Part shown: one piece after another, positions 1-8,229 of the stretch
How positions within the stretch are numbered: the stretch's first letter is position 1
Layout of the letters: every line of letters starts with the position of its first letter
Source: a virus
Length of the DNA: 44,111 nt
Virus record (IMG/VR): IMGVR_UViG_3300045988_019654
Location: 1 to 44,111 of that record
Reading direction: 5' to 3' (one strand)
Notes under the pieces: generated by a model
What the model was told of the DNA's origin: nothing
The model's input: only the letters and a program-made list of their open reading frames with translations
Database searches by the model: none
Translations under genes and position numbers: made by a program

Positions 1-99
1 CCAATAAATCAGCTAAAAGAAAAATGGTGACTAAATGGGACTTATAACAACACTAAAAAGGTGGTTTAACATGATATTCAAAAAACAAGCCGAAGAGGA
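1..99. repeat. Terminal direct repeat copy 1, identical to 44013..44111 (circular assembly overlap)
   Basis: The first 99 nt (ccaataaatcagc...gccgaagagga) recur verbatim as the last 99 nt. The repeat cuts through the 3' end of CDS 43713..44042 and the 5' end of the portal gene. Confidence 0.9.
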
Positions 100-1480
100 C
101 TTTAACATCCAGGCGGCAGAGTTCCCAGAAATGGAATCACTGATTAACCGGTGCGCGAACATTTACAGGGGAGTTCCGGAATGGTTGGATGATAAGAATA
201 ACATCAAGACGATTAATTTTGCTAAATCTGTGTGTTCAGAAACAGCCCGGCTCGCAACATTGGCAATCGGCATTCAGATAGATGGTTCCGCAAGGGCTAC
301 GTGGCTACAGGAACAGATTGACAAGGTATATTTCCAGATTCGCCATTGGGTAGAATATGGCTGTGCTTACGGAACGGTATTCATCAAGCCGAACGGTGAG
401 AGCCTTGACATATTTACTCCAGCAGATGTGATGATTGTGGAATACGACAATCAGGAAATCAAAGGGATTATATTTAAGGATTCGTATACTGTTGGACGGA
501 AATACTACACAAGGCTCGAATATCACAGGTTTATTGAGACAACAGTGAACGGCGTAACAGCCTACCCGTACTACGTTTCTAACAGAGCCTATGTATCAAA
601 ATCCCCTCAGTCAATCGGAGACAAGATTGACCTTAAACAGACCAAATGGGCTGACCTAATGGCAGATACGCCACCGATACTCAAGGCAAACGGGGAGAAG
701 CTGGACGGACCGTTGTATGGAGTTCTACGGACGCCACAGGCTAACAACGTGGACATTAGTACACCACTTGGACTTCCAATATTTGCGGAAGCTATAGAAG
801 AATTAAAAGACCTCGATATTGCATACAGCAGAAACGCCGGAGAGATTTTTGATTCACAGAAGATTGTTCTGGCAGATGATAGACTGCTGATGCCAAGCGG
901 TACACCTGTATCAGCCATGTCACCACAGGGTATGGAGAACAGACGTAATGAGATGAACTTACCACACTTTGTCAAGAATGTATTCGGACAGCTCGAGAAA
1001 GAGTTTTACCAAGAAATCAATCCACAGCTCAACACGGATACCCGTATAAGCGGTATAAACGCCCTTTTAAGCCAGTTAGGATACAAGATTGGATTCTCTA
1101 ACGGATACTTTGTTTTCAACGAATCTAGCGGCATACAGACGGCTACAGGAGTGGAAGCGGAACAGCAGAGGACAGTACAGTTCATTAAAGACGTTCGAGA
1201 CAAACTGGAATCTTGTCTGAATGAAGTAATCTACGCATTGAACGTTTACGCTGATCTGTACGGGCTTGCACCCGTCGGAGCTTATGAAGTCAATTATGAT
1301 TTTGGAGACATCCTATATGTGCGTGAAAACGACCGTGCAAGATGGTGGCAGTATGTGACCACTGGCAAAGTTCCGGCATGGATGTACTTCGTGAAGTTCG
1401 AAGGAATGACAGAGGATGAAGCGAAAGCAATGGTCAAAGAAGCTCAACCAGACGAACCGAAATTATTTGGAGAGGAGTAA
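35..1480 (+). CDS. Portal protein (SPP1 gp6-like)
   Basis: 481-aa ORF that follows the terminase large subunit across the circular junction. Size and position fit the terL / portal / gp7-like order of SPP1-type head modules. Confidence 0.8.
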   Translation: MGLITTLKRWFNMIFKKQAEEDFNIQAAEFPEMESLINRCANIYRGVPEWLDDKNNIKTINFAKSVCSETARLATLAIGIQIDGSARATWLQEQIDKVYFQIRHWVEYGCAYGTVFIKPNGESLDIFTPADVMIVEYDNQEIKGIIFKDSYTVGRKYYTRLEYHRFIETTVNGVTAYPYYVSNRAYVSKSPQSIGDKIDLKQTKWADLMADTPPILKANGEKLDGPLYGVLRTPQANNVDISTPLGLPIFAEAIEELKDLDIAYSRNAGEIFDSQKIVLADDRLLMPSGTPVSAMSPQGMENRRNEMNLPHFVKNVFGQLEKEFYQEINPQLNTDTRISGINALLSQLGYKIGFSNGYFVFNESSGIQTATGVEAEQQRTVQFIKDVRDKLESCLNEVIYALNVYADLYGLAPVGAYEVNYDFGDILYVRENDRARWWQYVTTGKVPAWMYFVKFEGMTEDEAKAMVKEAQPDEPKLFGEE

Positions 1481-1484
1481 AAAG

Positions 1485-1739
1485 ATGGCAGATAAACCAG
1501 TAACAAGGGAAGAAAAATATCTTGCGTACTTGACAGGTGATTATACAGGCGAAATTCCAAAGCCGATCACGAGAAAAGAAAAATACTTGTATAAACTCTG
1601 TGTAGACGGAATCGGAACCAGCAAAGAAGCTATAGCAGAAGCAGTCCAGACGTACCTGTCCGACAAGGATGTTGGACTTAACATGGATGCTGATGGCTAT
1701 GTGAGTTTAAAAGCAACGGAGGTAAATAATAATGGCTGA
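1485..1739 (+). CDS. Small protein with a tandem TRxEKYL motif, function unknown
   Basis: ATG at 1485 lies behind GAGAGGAG, whereas the track start at 1416 overlaps the portal gene. The motif TREEKYLAYL...TRKEKYLYKL is repeated about 20 aa apart. The gene overlaps the start of the next gene. Confidence 0.6.
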   Translation: MADKPVTREEKYLAYLTGDYTGEIPKPITRKEKYLYKLCVDGIGTSKEAIAEAVQTYLSDKDVGLNMDADGYVSLKATEVNNNG

Positions 1740-4041
1740 TACATTTAAAGGGATAATTACAGCGGATGGAAAGAAGAGACAGTTGCCTTATGAAAACGTT
1801 CTCAAAACGCCTATTTCCGATGAAACATTGTCTGTACAGGGCGGCTTCGCAGATGCTAAAGTAGCAGGGGATAAATTCAAAGAAATAAAGGCAGAAACTG
1901 ATTCACTAAAGGAAGATTTAGGTGGTTTAAACGAATCTATTTTTACTGTTAAGGGAAAAGAAAATCTTTCGTGGATAATTGGAGCAGTAAATAAAGCCGA
2001 CGGTATTTCTGTATCACATACAAAGCGAATTCGCAGTATTCTTTTTCAAGCGGACGGTGGCATTGTGGATATAAATGGCGATTACCAAATTGCCGTTGCT
2101 GTGTATAGCGGAAATAATTTGAATACATTTGAGAAGTATATTGACTTTTCGACTTTGGCATACCGCTTTGAAAAAGGGAAGTATTATGTAATTGTTATTA
2201 AAGCGAATCCAGAAGTAGATTTTTCTGATTCCGATATCAATGATGTGTTAACTCATATATCAATTAGATTTTGGAACGGAGATACAAAAATTGAATCGGT
2301 TGAAAAGAAGAATGACGACTTGAAAAAAAGTGTCGAGCTTGTTAAAAATGTAGGCTTGAATTCTGATGTTATATTTTCTATAGGTGGATTAAACCCTTCT
2401 GATGGAAGCATAAACGATAATATGGAACGACTTTATAGCAATATCATTTTTGCAAGAAAAGGTTCTTCTATTTGCTTGAAATCAAATAACAAATTGAAGT
2501 TTGCGGTATATAAATATTCTGACAAATTTGGGAACACATTTGTTTCTGCAAATGCGTTATCCCTTGATGATTATGAATTTACGGAAGATACCTATGCTAG
2601 AATTTTAATCGAAAGTGGAAACCAAAATGATTTAGAAAAGTTATCTTTTAACATTTTCCAGTTTGATTTAAAAGAATTGAATGACCGTGTTAAGTATACA
2701 GAACTAACACAATGGACTGATAAAGGATATATCTCAATATCGGCTGTCGGTGAGTACACTAAATTTGTAGTCACACTCACATCAGAATGGTCGTTTATGG
2801 TTTTACCAGTTAGTGAGGGAGATAAATTTATTATATCTGGATTTGGTGGAAACAACAGTAAATTATATGCGTTTACTGATAGATTTGGAAAAGTTTTGGA
2901 ACGAACTGAAAAAAGTAGCATAACTCAAAGCCTTGTAATACAAGCACCGGAAAATGGATATGTGATATTTAATGCTTTGAGAAAAAATGAACATTATGCT
3001 ATTAAATATAACGAAAACAATGATGATGCTATTGAAAATAGAAATCTCATTGTACCACCGTACATGCCAGATATAAACAAAGTGATTACATCAGTTCCAA
3101 ATAATAAAACGAGTGCAATGAGTTATGACGAAATAGTATCAGCGTGGGATTCTTTACAAAAGAAATATCCTAATTACATATCTAAAACGAATCTTGGGAA
3201 AGAAACCTCTGGGTCTTTGGATATGTATAGATATGATTTTGTTCCAGAAATTGTATCACTTGAGGCATCAGTTCAGGATGGGATAAACAAGATATACACC
3301 AAAAATGATTATCCTATTGTAATTATGGGTGCTTGTATTCATGGTGCAGAGCGTCCATGTGCAAAGTCGTTATTGAATCTTATGACTTTGATTGCTAATG
3401 CAAAAGATTATTCGATTTTAGGGTGGTTGAGAAACAATATTCACTTTGTGATTATCCCACTGGAAAATCCTTGGGGTTACAAAAATGATAAACGTACAAA
3501 TGTGAATCAAGTTGACTTAAACCGTAATTTTGAACCATTTTGGGAAAAGGGAGAAAATACAACTGAAAACCAACGGTATCGTGGTACAGCTCCTTTATCC
3601 GAAAAAGAAACACAGTATATTGACTCAGTATTAAAAGAATGTGCGGATAAAGCGGTCTGCTATTATAGTTTTCATACACATGGTGTGTTTACGGCTTATA
3701 ATATGATGACTAATTTTTCCAGTCCAGCATTATATCTGTTAAATGAGATGCAGAATATTGGAATGAGTGTAACCAAAATGATAACGTCATCTGGATGGAT
3801 AAATCACAATCTTCCAGAAGATAGCGGGTATATTGGTTGTATGGAAATGGAATATGGAGCCGCAATGGCTTCGTATCAAGCTGCAAAATACAAAATTCCA
3901 TCCGCTTGTCCAGAAGTGATGTATCGTTATTATGATGGTGGCACTGGTGAGGTTTACAATACAGATTTAGACTGTATGAACACGGAATATATGTTATATT
4001 CAGTTACTAATGCTTGTGCAAAATTTTTGTATGGTAATTAA
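1732..4041 (+). CDS. 769-aa protein with a C-terminal zinc carboxypeptidase (peptidase M14) domain
   Basis: RBS GGAGGT. M14 signatures are visible in order: IHGAERP (HxxE zinc ligands), DLNRNF (substrate-binding NR), SFHTHG (third zinc ligand) and MEMEYG (candidate catalytic Glu). The first ~500 aa have no motif I recognise. Confidence 0.75.
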   Translation: MADTFKGIITADGKKRQLPYENVLKTPISDETLSVQGGFADAKVAGDKFKEIKAETDSLKEDLGGLNESIFTVKGKENLSWIIGAVNKADGISVSHTKRIRSILFQADGGIVDINGDYQIAVAVYSGNNLNTFEKYIDFSTLAYRFEKGKYYVIVIKANPEVDFSDSDINDVLTHISIRFWNGDTKIESVEKKNDDLKKSVELVKNVGLNSDVIFSIGGLNPSDGSINDNMERLYSNIIFARKGSSICLKSNNKLKFAVYKYSDKFGNTFVSANALSLDDYEFTEDTYARILIESGNQNDLEKLSFNIFQFDLKELNDRVKYTELTQWTDKGYISISAVGEYTKFVVTLTSEWSFMVLPVSEGDKFIISGFGGNNSKLYAFTDRFGKVLERTEKSSITQSLVIQAPENGYVIFNALRKNEHYAIKYNENNDDAIENRNLIVPPYMPDINKVITSVPNNKTSAMSYDEIVSAWDSLQKKYPNYISKTNLGKETSGSLDMYRYDFVPEIVSLEASVQDGINKIYTKNDYPIVIMGACIHGAERPCAKSLLNLMTLIANAKDYSILGWLRNNIHFVIIPLENPWGYKNDKRTNVNQVDLNRNFEPFWEKGENTTENQRYRGTAPLSEKETQYIDSVLKECADKAVCYYSFHTHGVFTAYNMMTNFSSPALYLLNEMQNIGMSVTKMITSSGWINHNLPEDSGYIGCMEMEYGAAMASYQAAKYKIPSACPEVMYRYYDGGTGEVYNTDLDCMNTEYMLYSVTNACAKFLYGN

Positions 4042-4115
4042 CTAAAGGATACTAAAGTTAAGCATTTCGGTATTACTAATACATATTAATACATACTAAA
4101 ACACACCAAAAAGAA

Positions 4116-4137
4116 GAGAGGAATTAAATCTCCTCTC
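4116..4137 (-). terminator. Rho-independent terminator of the antisense RHH gene
   Basis: On the minus strand, stem GAGAGGA / TCCTCTC (4131..4137 pairs with 4116..4122) with an 8-nt loop is followed by TTCTTTTTGG. It overlaps the stop codon of 4124..4297. Confidence 0.65.
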
Positions 4138-4297
4138 CTCGCTTATCAAAATATTCATTTAAAGCTTGTCCAACAATGTCAGAGATACCCTTATCTTCCT
4201 TCCGACATTGTGACAGCAAGCGAACGTATTGCACTGGCGCTATATTTACTTTTATATCAATGCAAACTTCGCCTTTGCGCTTATTTCTTCCAAACAT
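4124..4297 (-). CDS. 57-aa ribbon-helix-helix (CopG/Arc/MetJ-like) DNA-binding protein
   Basis: Not in the ORF track because it is under 60 aa. Hand translation gives MFGRNKRKGEVCIDIKVNIAPVQYVRLLSQCRKEDKGISDIVGQALNEYFDKRGEEI. RBS AGGGAGGA sits 7 nt upstream. The sequence has a beta-strand then helix-helix layout. It has its own promoter and terminator. Confidence 0.7.
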   Translation of the reverse strand: MFGRNKRKGEVCIDIKVNIAPVQYVRLLSQCRKEDKGISDIVGQALNEYFDKRGEEI

Positions 4298-4325
4298 TGC
4301 ATTATCCTCCCTATTTGATTATTAC

Positions 4326-4354
4326 ATTGTATCAGATGGGGAGAATAATAACAA
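4326..4354 (-). promoter_or_regulatory. Sigma-A type promoter for the RHH gene
   Basis: On the minus strand, TTGTTA (4349..4354), an exact 17-nt spacer, then TACAAT (4326..4331), about 28 nt upstream of the ATG. Confidence 0.6.
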
Positions 4355-4372
4355 GAAAAGAGGTGATACACT

Positions 4373-5602
4373 ATACTTAGTCCAGAATATTTGCGAAGAA
4401 TTACAGAGGGCAGTGAACAGATAGCAGAAGAGCTGCACCAGTATATCATCTCTGAGATCGTGTCAAGGATGATGGCAAGAATCGGCAGAGGTGAAGATTA
4501 TATTCTGACCAATGCCGATGCGTGGAGAATCAGAACGCTACAGGAATCGGGTGAGCTGCTAGAGGACATTCTGGCAGAATTATCCAAATACACCAAACGT
4601 GAACAGCAGGAACTTCTTGAAGCGTTTGAAGATGCCGGAATCACTGCAATGAACTATGACGATAAGGTATACAAGGCGGCAGGATTAAGCCCTGTACCAC
4701 TCGAACAATCGCCGGCTATGATAAGACTCATGGAGCGAAATATGCTTGCGACTATGGGAGAGTGGAAGAACTTCACAAGAACGACTGCAAGTGCCGCTCA
4801 AAGGCTCTATATTGAGCAGTGCGACCTTGCGTATAACCATGTAATGACTGGGGCGGTTGGGTATACGCAAGCCATCAAAGAGGCGGTTAATAACGTTGTG
4901 AGTGATGGTGTTACTGTCACATATCCATCTGGCAGAAAAGACACGATTGAAACAGCAGTCGCACGTTCTGTCAGAACTGGCGTGGCTCAGGCTACTGGAG
5001 AGATATCCCTAAAACGCATGGAAGAAATGGACTGGGATTTGATCCTGGTCAGTGCTCACATGGGAGCCAGAACAGGTGACGGCGGTGAGAATCCGGGAAA
5101 CCACTCATGGTGGCAAGGCAAGATATACTCTCGTTCTGGCAAGAGCAAGAAATTTCCACCGTTCTCATTGACCGGATATGGAACGGCAAGTGGACTGTCA
5201 GGGGTCAACTGTCGGCATAGCTTTGGGGCAAGTGACGGGGAATTTAATCCCTATGCAGAACTATCGACACAGGATAAAGCCGGCAAAGGTAAACAGTACG
5301 AAAAGGAACAGCGGCAACGTACTTATGAGCGAAGAATCCGCAAAACGAAGAGAGAGGTTCTTGGACTGCAAGCAGGAGTTGACAATGCACCGAACGAAAA
5401 GGCGAAATTCGCATTACAACAAGACCTTGACCGGAAATCTTATCTTTTACAGAAACAAAATGCTGCATACAAGGCTTACTGCAAGCAGAATGATTTAAGA
5501 GAGCTGCAAGACCGACTTATGATTGCTAAGTGGAGCCGTCAGAACGCCGCAAAAGCCAGAGGAGCGGCAAAACGATATAAGACAGTAAAGGGGATTGACT
5601 GA
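4373..5602 (+). CDS. Minor head / head morphogenesis protein (SPP1 gp7, Mu F-like)
   Basis: Family-typical motifs are present: SPEYLRRITEGSEQIAEELH at the N-terminus and HMGARTGDGG...HSWWQGKIYS...GVNCRHSF. The reading frame opens only at 4367. RBS AAAGAGGTGA (4357..4366) is optimally spaced to an ATA codon at 4373. The nearest canonical start, TTG at 4391, is 24 nt from the RBS. Confidence 0.75.
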   Translation: MLSPEYLRRITEGSEQIAEELHQYIISEIVSRMMARIGRGEDYILTNADAWRIRTLQESGELLEDILAELSKYTKREQQELLEAFEDAGITAMNYDDKVYKAAGLSPVPLEQSPAMIRLMERNMLATMGEWKNFTRTTASAAQRLYIEQCDLAYNHVMTGAVGYTQAIKEAVNNVVSDGVTVTYPSGRKDTIETAVARSVRTGVAQATGEISLKRMEEMDWDLILVSAHMGARTGDGGENPGNHSWWQGKIYSRSGKSKKFPPFSLTGYGTASGLSGVNCRHSFGASDGEFNPYAELSTQDKAGKGKQYEKEQRQRTYERRIRKTKREVLGLQAGVDNAPNEKAKFALQQDLDRKSYLLQKQNAAYKAYCKQNDLRELQDRLMIAKWSRQNAAKARGAAKRYKTVKGID

Positions 5603-5982
5603 TGGACAGATGGGAATATTATAATCCGAATCCTGCCGGTAATCGAGTCGGAGATTGTGCTGTCCGGGCAATATGCAAGGCGACCGGTTTTGACTGGGAA
5701 ACGGTATTCGCTGGATTAATGGTACAGGCATGCGCTCTGTCAGATATGCCATCAGCTAATTACGTTTGGGGAGCGTACCTCTATAAACGTGGGTACAGGC
5801 GCAAACTGATTGAACAATCAGAGCGATATATCTATACAGTCAATGATTTTTGCACAGACCATCCGACAGGTACGTATATCCTCTGCATAGATGGTCATGT
5901 AGTGACAGTACAAGAGGGCAAATATTTCGATACATGGGATAGTGGTAATGAGATCCCGGTATATTACTGGGAAAAGGAGTAG
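5602..5982 (+). CDS. 126-aa putative papain-fold (Cys-His) peptidase-like protein
   Basis: ATGA overlap with the upstream gene. There is a conserved-looking GDCAVRA (candidate nucleophile Cys) and a later IDGHVVTV (candidate His). The assignment rests on motifs only. Confidence 0.4.
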   Translation: MDRWEYYNPNPAGNRVGDCAVRAICKATGFDWETVFAGLMVQACALSDMPSANYVWGAYLYKRGYRRKLIEQSERYIYTVNDFCTDHPTGTYILCIDGHVVTVQEGKYFDTWDSGNEIPVYYWEKE

Positions 5983-5986
5983 CTAA

Positions 5987-6292
5987 ATGAGCATACAGGA
6001 ATTTATTCAGTGTTTTCTTTCAATCTGTGGAGGAGTGTCAATCATTGGAGGGGCAGCAGCTGTTATTTTTAAATGGATTACTCCGGCATTCCGACTCAAC
6101 AAGCGAGTTGAGACACTGGAAGAACATGATAAGCGAGATTACGAGAGTCTTCAGAGGATCGCGGAGCGTGATTCATTGATTCTGGAAGTGCTATCAACCA
6201 TGCTGGATAGTCAGATTAGTGGGAATAATGTGGAAGAGTTAAAAAAAACAAAACAGAAGCTTACAAATTATCTTGCGCAGAATCAGCGTTAG
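5987..6292 (+). CDS. Membrane-anchored coiled-coil protein
   Basis: RBS AAAGGAG. One N-terminal hydrophobic helix (FLSICGGVSIIGGAAAVIF) is followed by a charged helical region. Confidence 0.55.
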   Translation: MSIQEFIQCFLSICGGVSIIGGAAAVIFKWITPAFRLNKRVETLEEHDKRDYESLQRIAERDSLILEVLSTMLDSQISGNNVEELKKTKQKLTNYLAQNQR

Positions 6293-6312
6293 CATTAGTA
6301 AGGGGTATGCTC

Positions 6313-6513
6313 ATGAAATTATATGTGTTCACAAAGAAAGATATAGACAGGTTCTTGATAGAGTGTAATTTCACACCGGACGAAGAAAGATTGTTTCGAC
6401 TGAGATGCAAGGAATATACACTCGAATACTGCGCTGAACAGATGAATGTGAGTATATCCACGGCGAAACGATTAAGCCGGAGGGTGAACAATAAAATAAT
6501 TAAAGTGTGCTGA
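6313..6513 (+). CDS. Small HTH protein (sigma-70 region 4 / LuxR-like)
   Basis: The ATG at 6313 is better spaced from AAGGGG than the one at 6307. The C-terminal part, YTLEYCAEQMNVSISTAKRLSRRV, looks like a helix-turn-helix. Confidence 0.5.
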   Translation: MKLYVFTKKDIDRFLIECNFTPDEERLFRLRCKEYTLEYCAEQMNVSISTAKRLSRRVNNKIIKVC

Positions 6514-6536
6514 TACTTTTTGGATACTAATTAGAG

Positions 6537-6567
6537 CCAGAAACGACCTGTTTCCGGTTCTTTTTTT
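6537..6567 (+). terminator. Rho-independent terminator
   Basis: Stem CCAGAAAC / GTTTCCGG (one mismatch) with a 5-nt loop, followed by TTCTTTTTTT. Confidence 0.65.
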
Positions 6568-6601
6568 ATGTAAAAATATAATCAGAAAGGCGGTGTATAA
6601 G

Positions 6602-7072
6602 ATGGCATTATATAATAATCCTTATCAATATAGCTTTGGCGTCCCTGGGCAAATGAACCAGTTCCAGCAACAGCCTGTCCAGATTCCAGCTCAACCAGTA
6701 CAGCAACCACAGCAGAATAATAGCGGTATCCTGTGGGTATCCGGCGAAGTCGGCGCAAAATCCTATCTGGTAGCACCCGGGACAAGCGTTTTACTGATGG
6801 ATTCAGAATCAGAGAAATTCTTTATAAAATCCACAGATGCTTCTGGTATGCCACAGCCGTTACGGACGTTTGAGTATCATGAAGTAGGTACTCAGATGCC
6901 ACCTAAACAGCTTGTTCAGAATATGGACAGTAAATACGTCACACGACAGGAATATGACGATTTAAAAGGCAAATACGAAGCTATCATAAACCGATTAAAT
7001 TCATTTTCTGAACCTGTTAGGGCTAATACCGTACAGGAATCAGCAAGCAAGGGAGGAAACACAGATGAGTAA
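6602..7072 (+). CDS. Q/P-rich protein with a C-terminal beta-rich domain, function unknown
   Basis: ATG at 6602 follows AGAAAGGCGG. The N-terminus is low-complexity (QFQQQPVQIPAQPVQQPQQ), followed by GILWVSGEVGAKSYLVAPGTSVLLMDSE. Confidence 0.6.
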   Translation: MALYNNPYQYSFGVPGQMNQFQQQPVQIPAQPVQQPQQNNSGILWVSGEVGAKSYLVAPGTSVLLMDSESEKFFIKSTDASGMPQPLRTFEYHEVGTQMPPKQLVQNMDSKYVTRQEYDDLKGKYEAIINRLNSFSEPVRANTVQESASKGGNTDE

Positions 7073-7286
7073 TCCATTATTTAATGTGCTTGGTGGTGGG
7101 ATGCCACAGGGAAACGGACCAATGCAGATGGTACAGCAGTTTATGCAGTTTAAACAGAATTTTAAGGGAGATCCGAAAGCGGAAGTTGAGAAGATGTTAC
7201 AGTCTGGGAAGATTTCCCAACAGCAACTTAATCAGGTTCAGCAGATGGCAGGGCAATTCCAGCACATGTTGAAAGGAATGAAATAA
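7065..7286 (+). CDS. 73-aa Q/M-rich protein, function unknown
   Basis: RBS AGGGAGGA. The gene overlaps the upstream stop codon. Confidence 0.55.
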   Translation: MSNPLFNVLGGGMPQGNGPMQMVQQFMQFKQNFKGDPKAEVEKMLQSGKISQQQLNQVQQMAGQFQHMLKGMK

Positions 7287-7339
7287 TACATTACAATCTG
7301 GCCAGATTGATGTAAATACACAAAAAGGAGATTATAACT

Positions 7340-8119
7340 ATGGATGGAAATTATAGCTTAGCAGATATTGCCGCTGCTACTGGAAACGGTAGAAATAATG
7401 ACGGCATGTTTGGTGGAGATGGTAGCTGGTGGATTATTGTTTTATTCATTTTTGCTTTCTTCGGATGGGGAAACAACGGATGGGGCAATAACGGCAACGG
7501 CGGCGGATATGCAGCCACAGCAGCTACTCAGGCAGACATTCAGAGAGGATTTGACAATTCCGCAGTAATCAGCAAACTTGACGGAATCAACAACGGTCTC
7601 TGTGATGGATTCTATGCGGTGAACAACGGTATGCTTACCGGATTTAATGGAATCAACACCAACATCATGCAGACTGGCTTCGGCATCCAGCAGGCAATCA
7701 ATGCTGACACTGTAGCAAATATGCAGAATACCAATGCACTTCAGGCACAGCTTGCGAACTGTTGCTGCGAAACCAGAGAAGCAATTCAGGGCGTAAACTA
7801 CAATATGGCGCAGAACACCTGTGCATTACAGAACACCATGAACAGCAACACAAGAGATATCATTGACAGCCAGAACGCTGGGACAAGAGCCATTCTTGAT
7901 TATCTTTGCAATGAAAAGATTTCTAACCTTCAGGCTGAAAACAATGACCTCAGACGCGCTGCTTCTCAGGATCGCCAGAGCGCATTGCTCACAACCGCAA
8001 TGGCTTCACAGACACAGCAGCTCATTAATGCGATTAATCCGGCACCGATTCCGGCATATCAGGTTCCTAACCCGAACACATATTACGGATGCGGATGTAA
8101 CGCTGGATGTAATTGCTGA
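7340..8119 (+). CDS. 259-aa single-pass membrane protein, N/G/Q-rich with a Cys-rich C-terminus
   Basis: RBS AAAGGAG. TM segment WWIIVLFIFAFFGW, then a GWGNNGWGNNGNGGG tract, a CCC triplet and the C-terminal YYGCGCNAGCNC. Confidence 0.65.
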   Translation: MDGNYSLADIAAATGNGRNNDGMFGGDGSWWIIVLFIFAFFGWGNNGWGNNGNGGGYAATAATQADIQRGFDNSAVISKLDGINNGLCDGFYAVNNGMLTGFNGINTNIMQTGFGIQQAINADTVANMQNTNALQAQLANCCCETREAIQGVNYNMAQNTCALQNTMNSNTRDIIDSQNAGTRAILDYLCNEKISNLQAENNDLRRAASQDRQSALLTTAMASQTQQLINAINPAPIPAYQVPNPNTYYGCGCNAGCNC

Positions 8120-8183
8120 TAACTTCATATCGAGAGTATCTTTCGATCGATTCGGATGTCGGCTTATGCCGTATTACACAGAG

Positions 8184-8207
8184 GGGCAGGCTGAGACCTG
8201 TCCTTTT
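8184..8207 (+). terminator. Intra-cluster terminator or attenuator
   Basis: Stem GGGCAGG / CCTGTCC (one G.U pair), loop CTGAGA, then TTTTGTG. Confidence 0.5.
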
Positions 8208-8229
8208 GTGATATGAAAGGAGTATTTTT

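Noticed and set aside
1-99. The terminal repeat interpreted as a biological direct terminal repeat, or as evidence of a tandem prophage.
   Set aside because: The repeat boundaries fall inside two coding sequences, and a round fixed length such as 99 nt is typical of assembler overlap on circular contigs.
4176-4449. Track ORFs 4176..4424 (+) and 4252..4449 (-) in the gap between the M14 gene and the gp7-like gene.
   Set aside because: Neither has an RBS. The region is better explained by the 57-aa RHH gene (4124..4297, minus strand), which has an RBS, a promoter and a terminator, together with the 5' end of the gp7-like gene.
7294-7309. Perfect 16-nt palindrome CAATCTGGCCAGATTG between 7065..7286 and 7340..8119.
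   Set aside because: It is real in the sequence, but it is isolated, has no loop and is not followed by a T-run. That is too little to call it a terminator or an operator.
7084-8216. Alternative-frame ORFs 7084..7272, 7368..7568 and 7863..8216. The same applies to 16880..17245 inside the tape measure gene and 36902..37339 inside the methyltransferase gene.
   Set aside because: They are embedded out of frame in longer genes that have strong RBSs or recognisable motifs. There is no independent translation signal.
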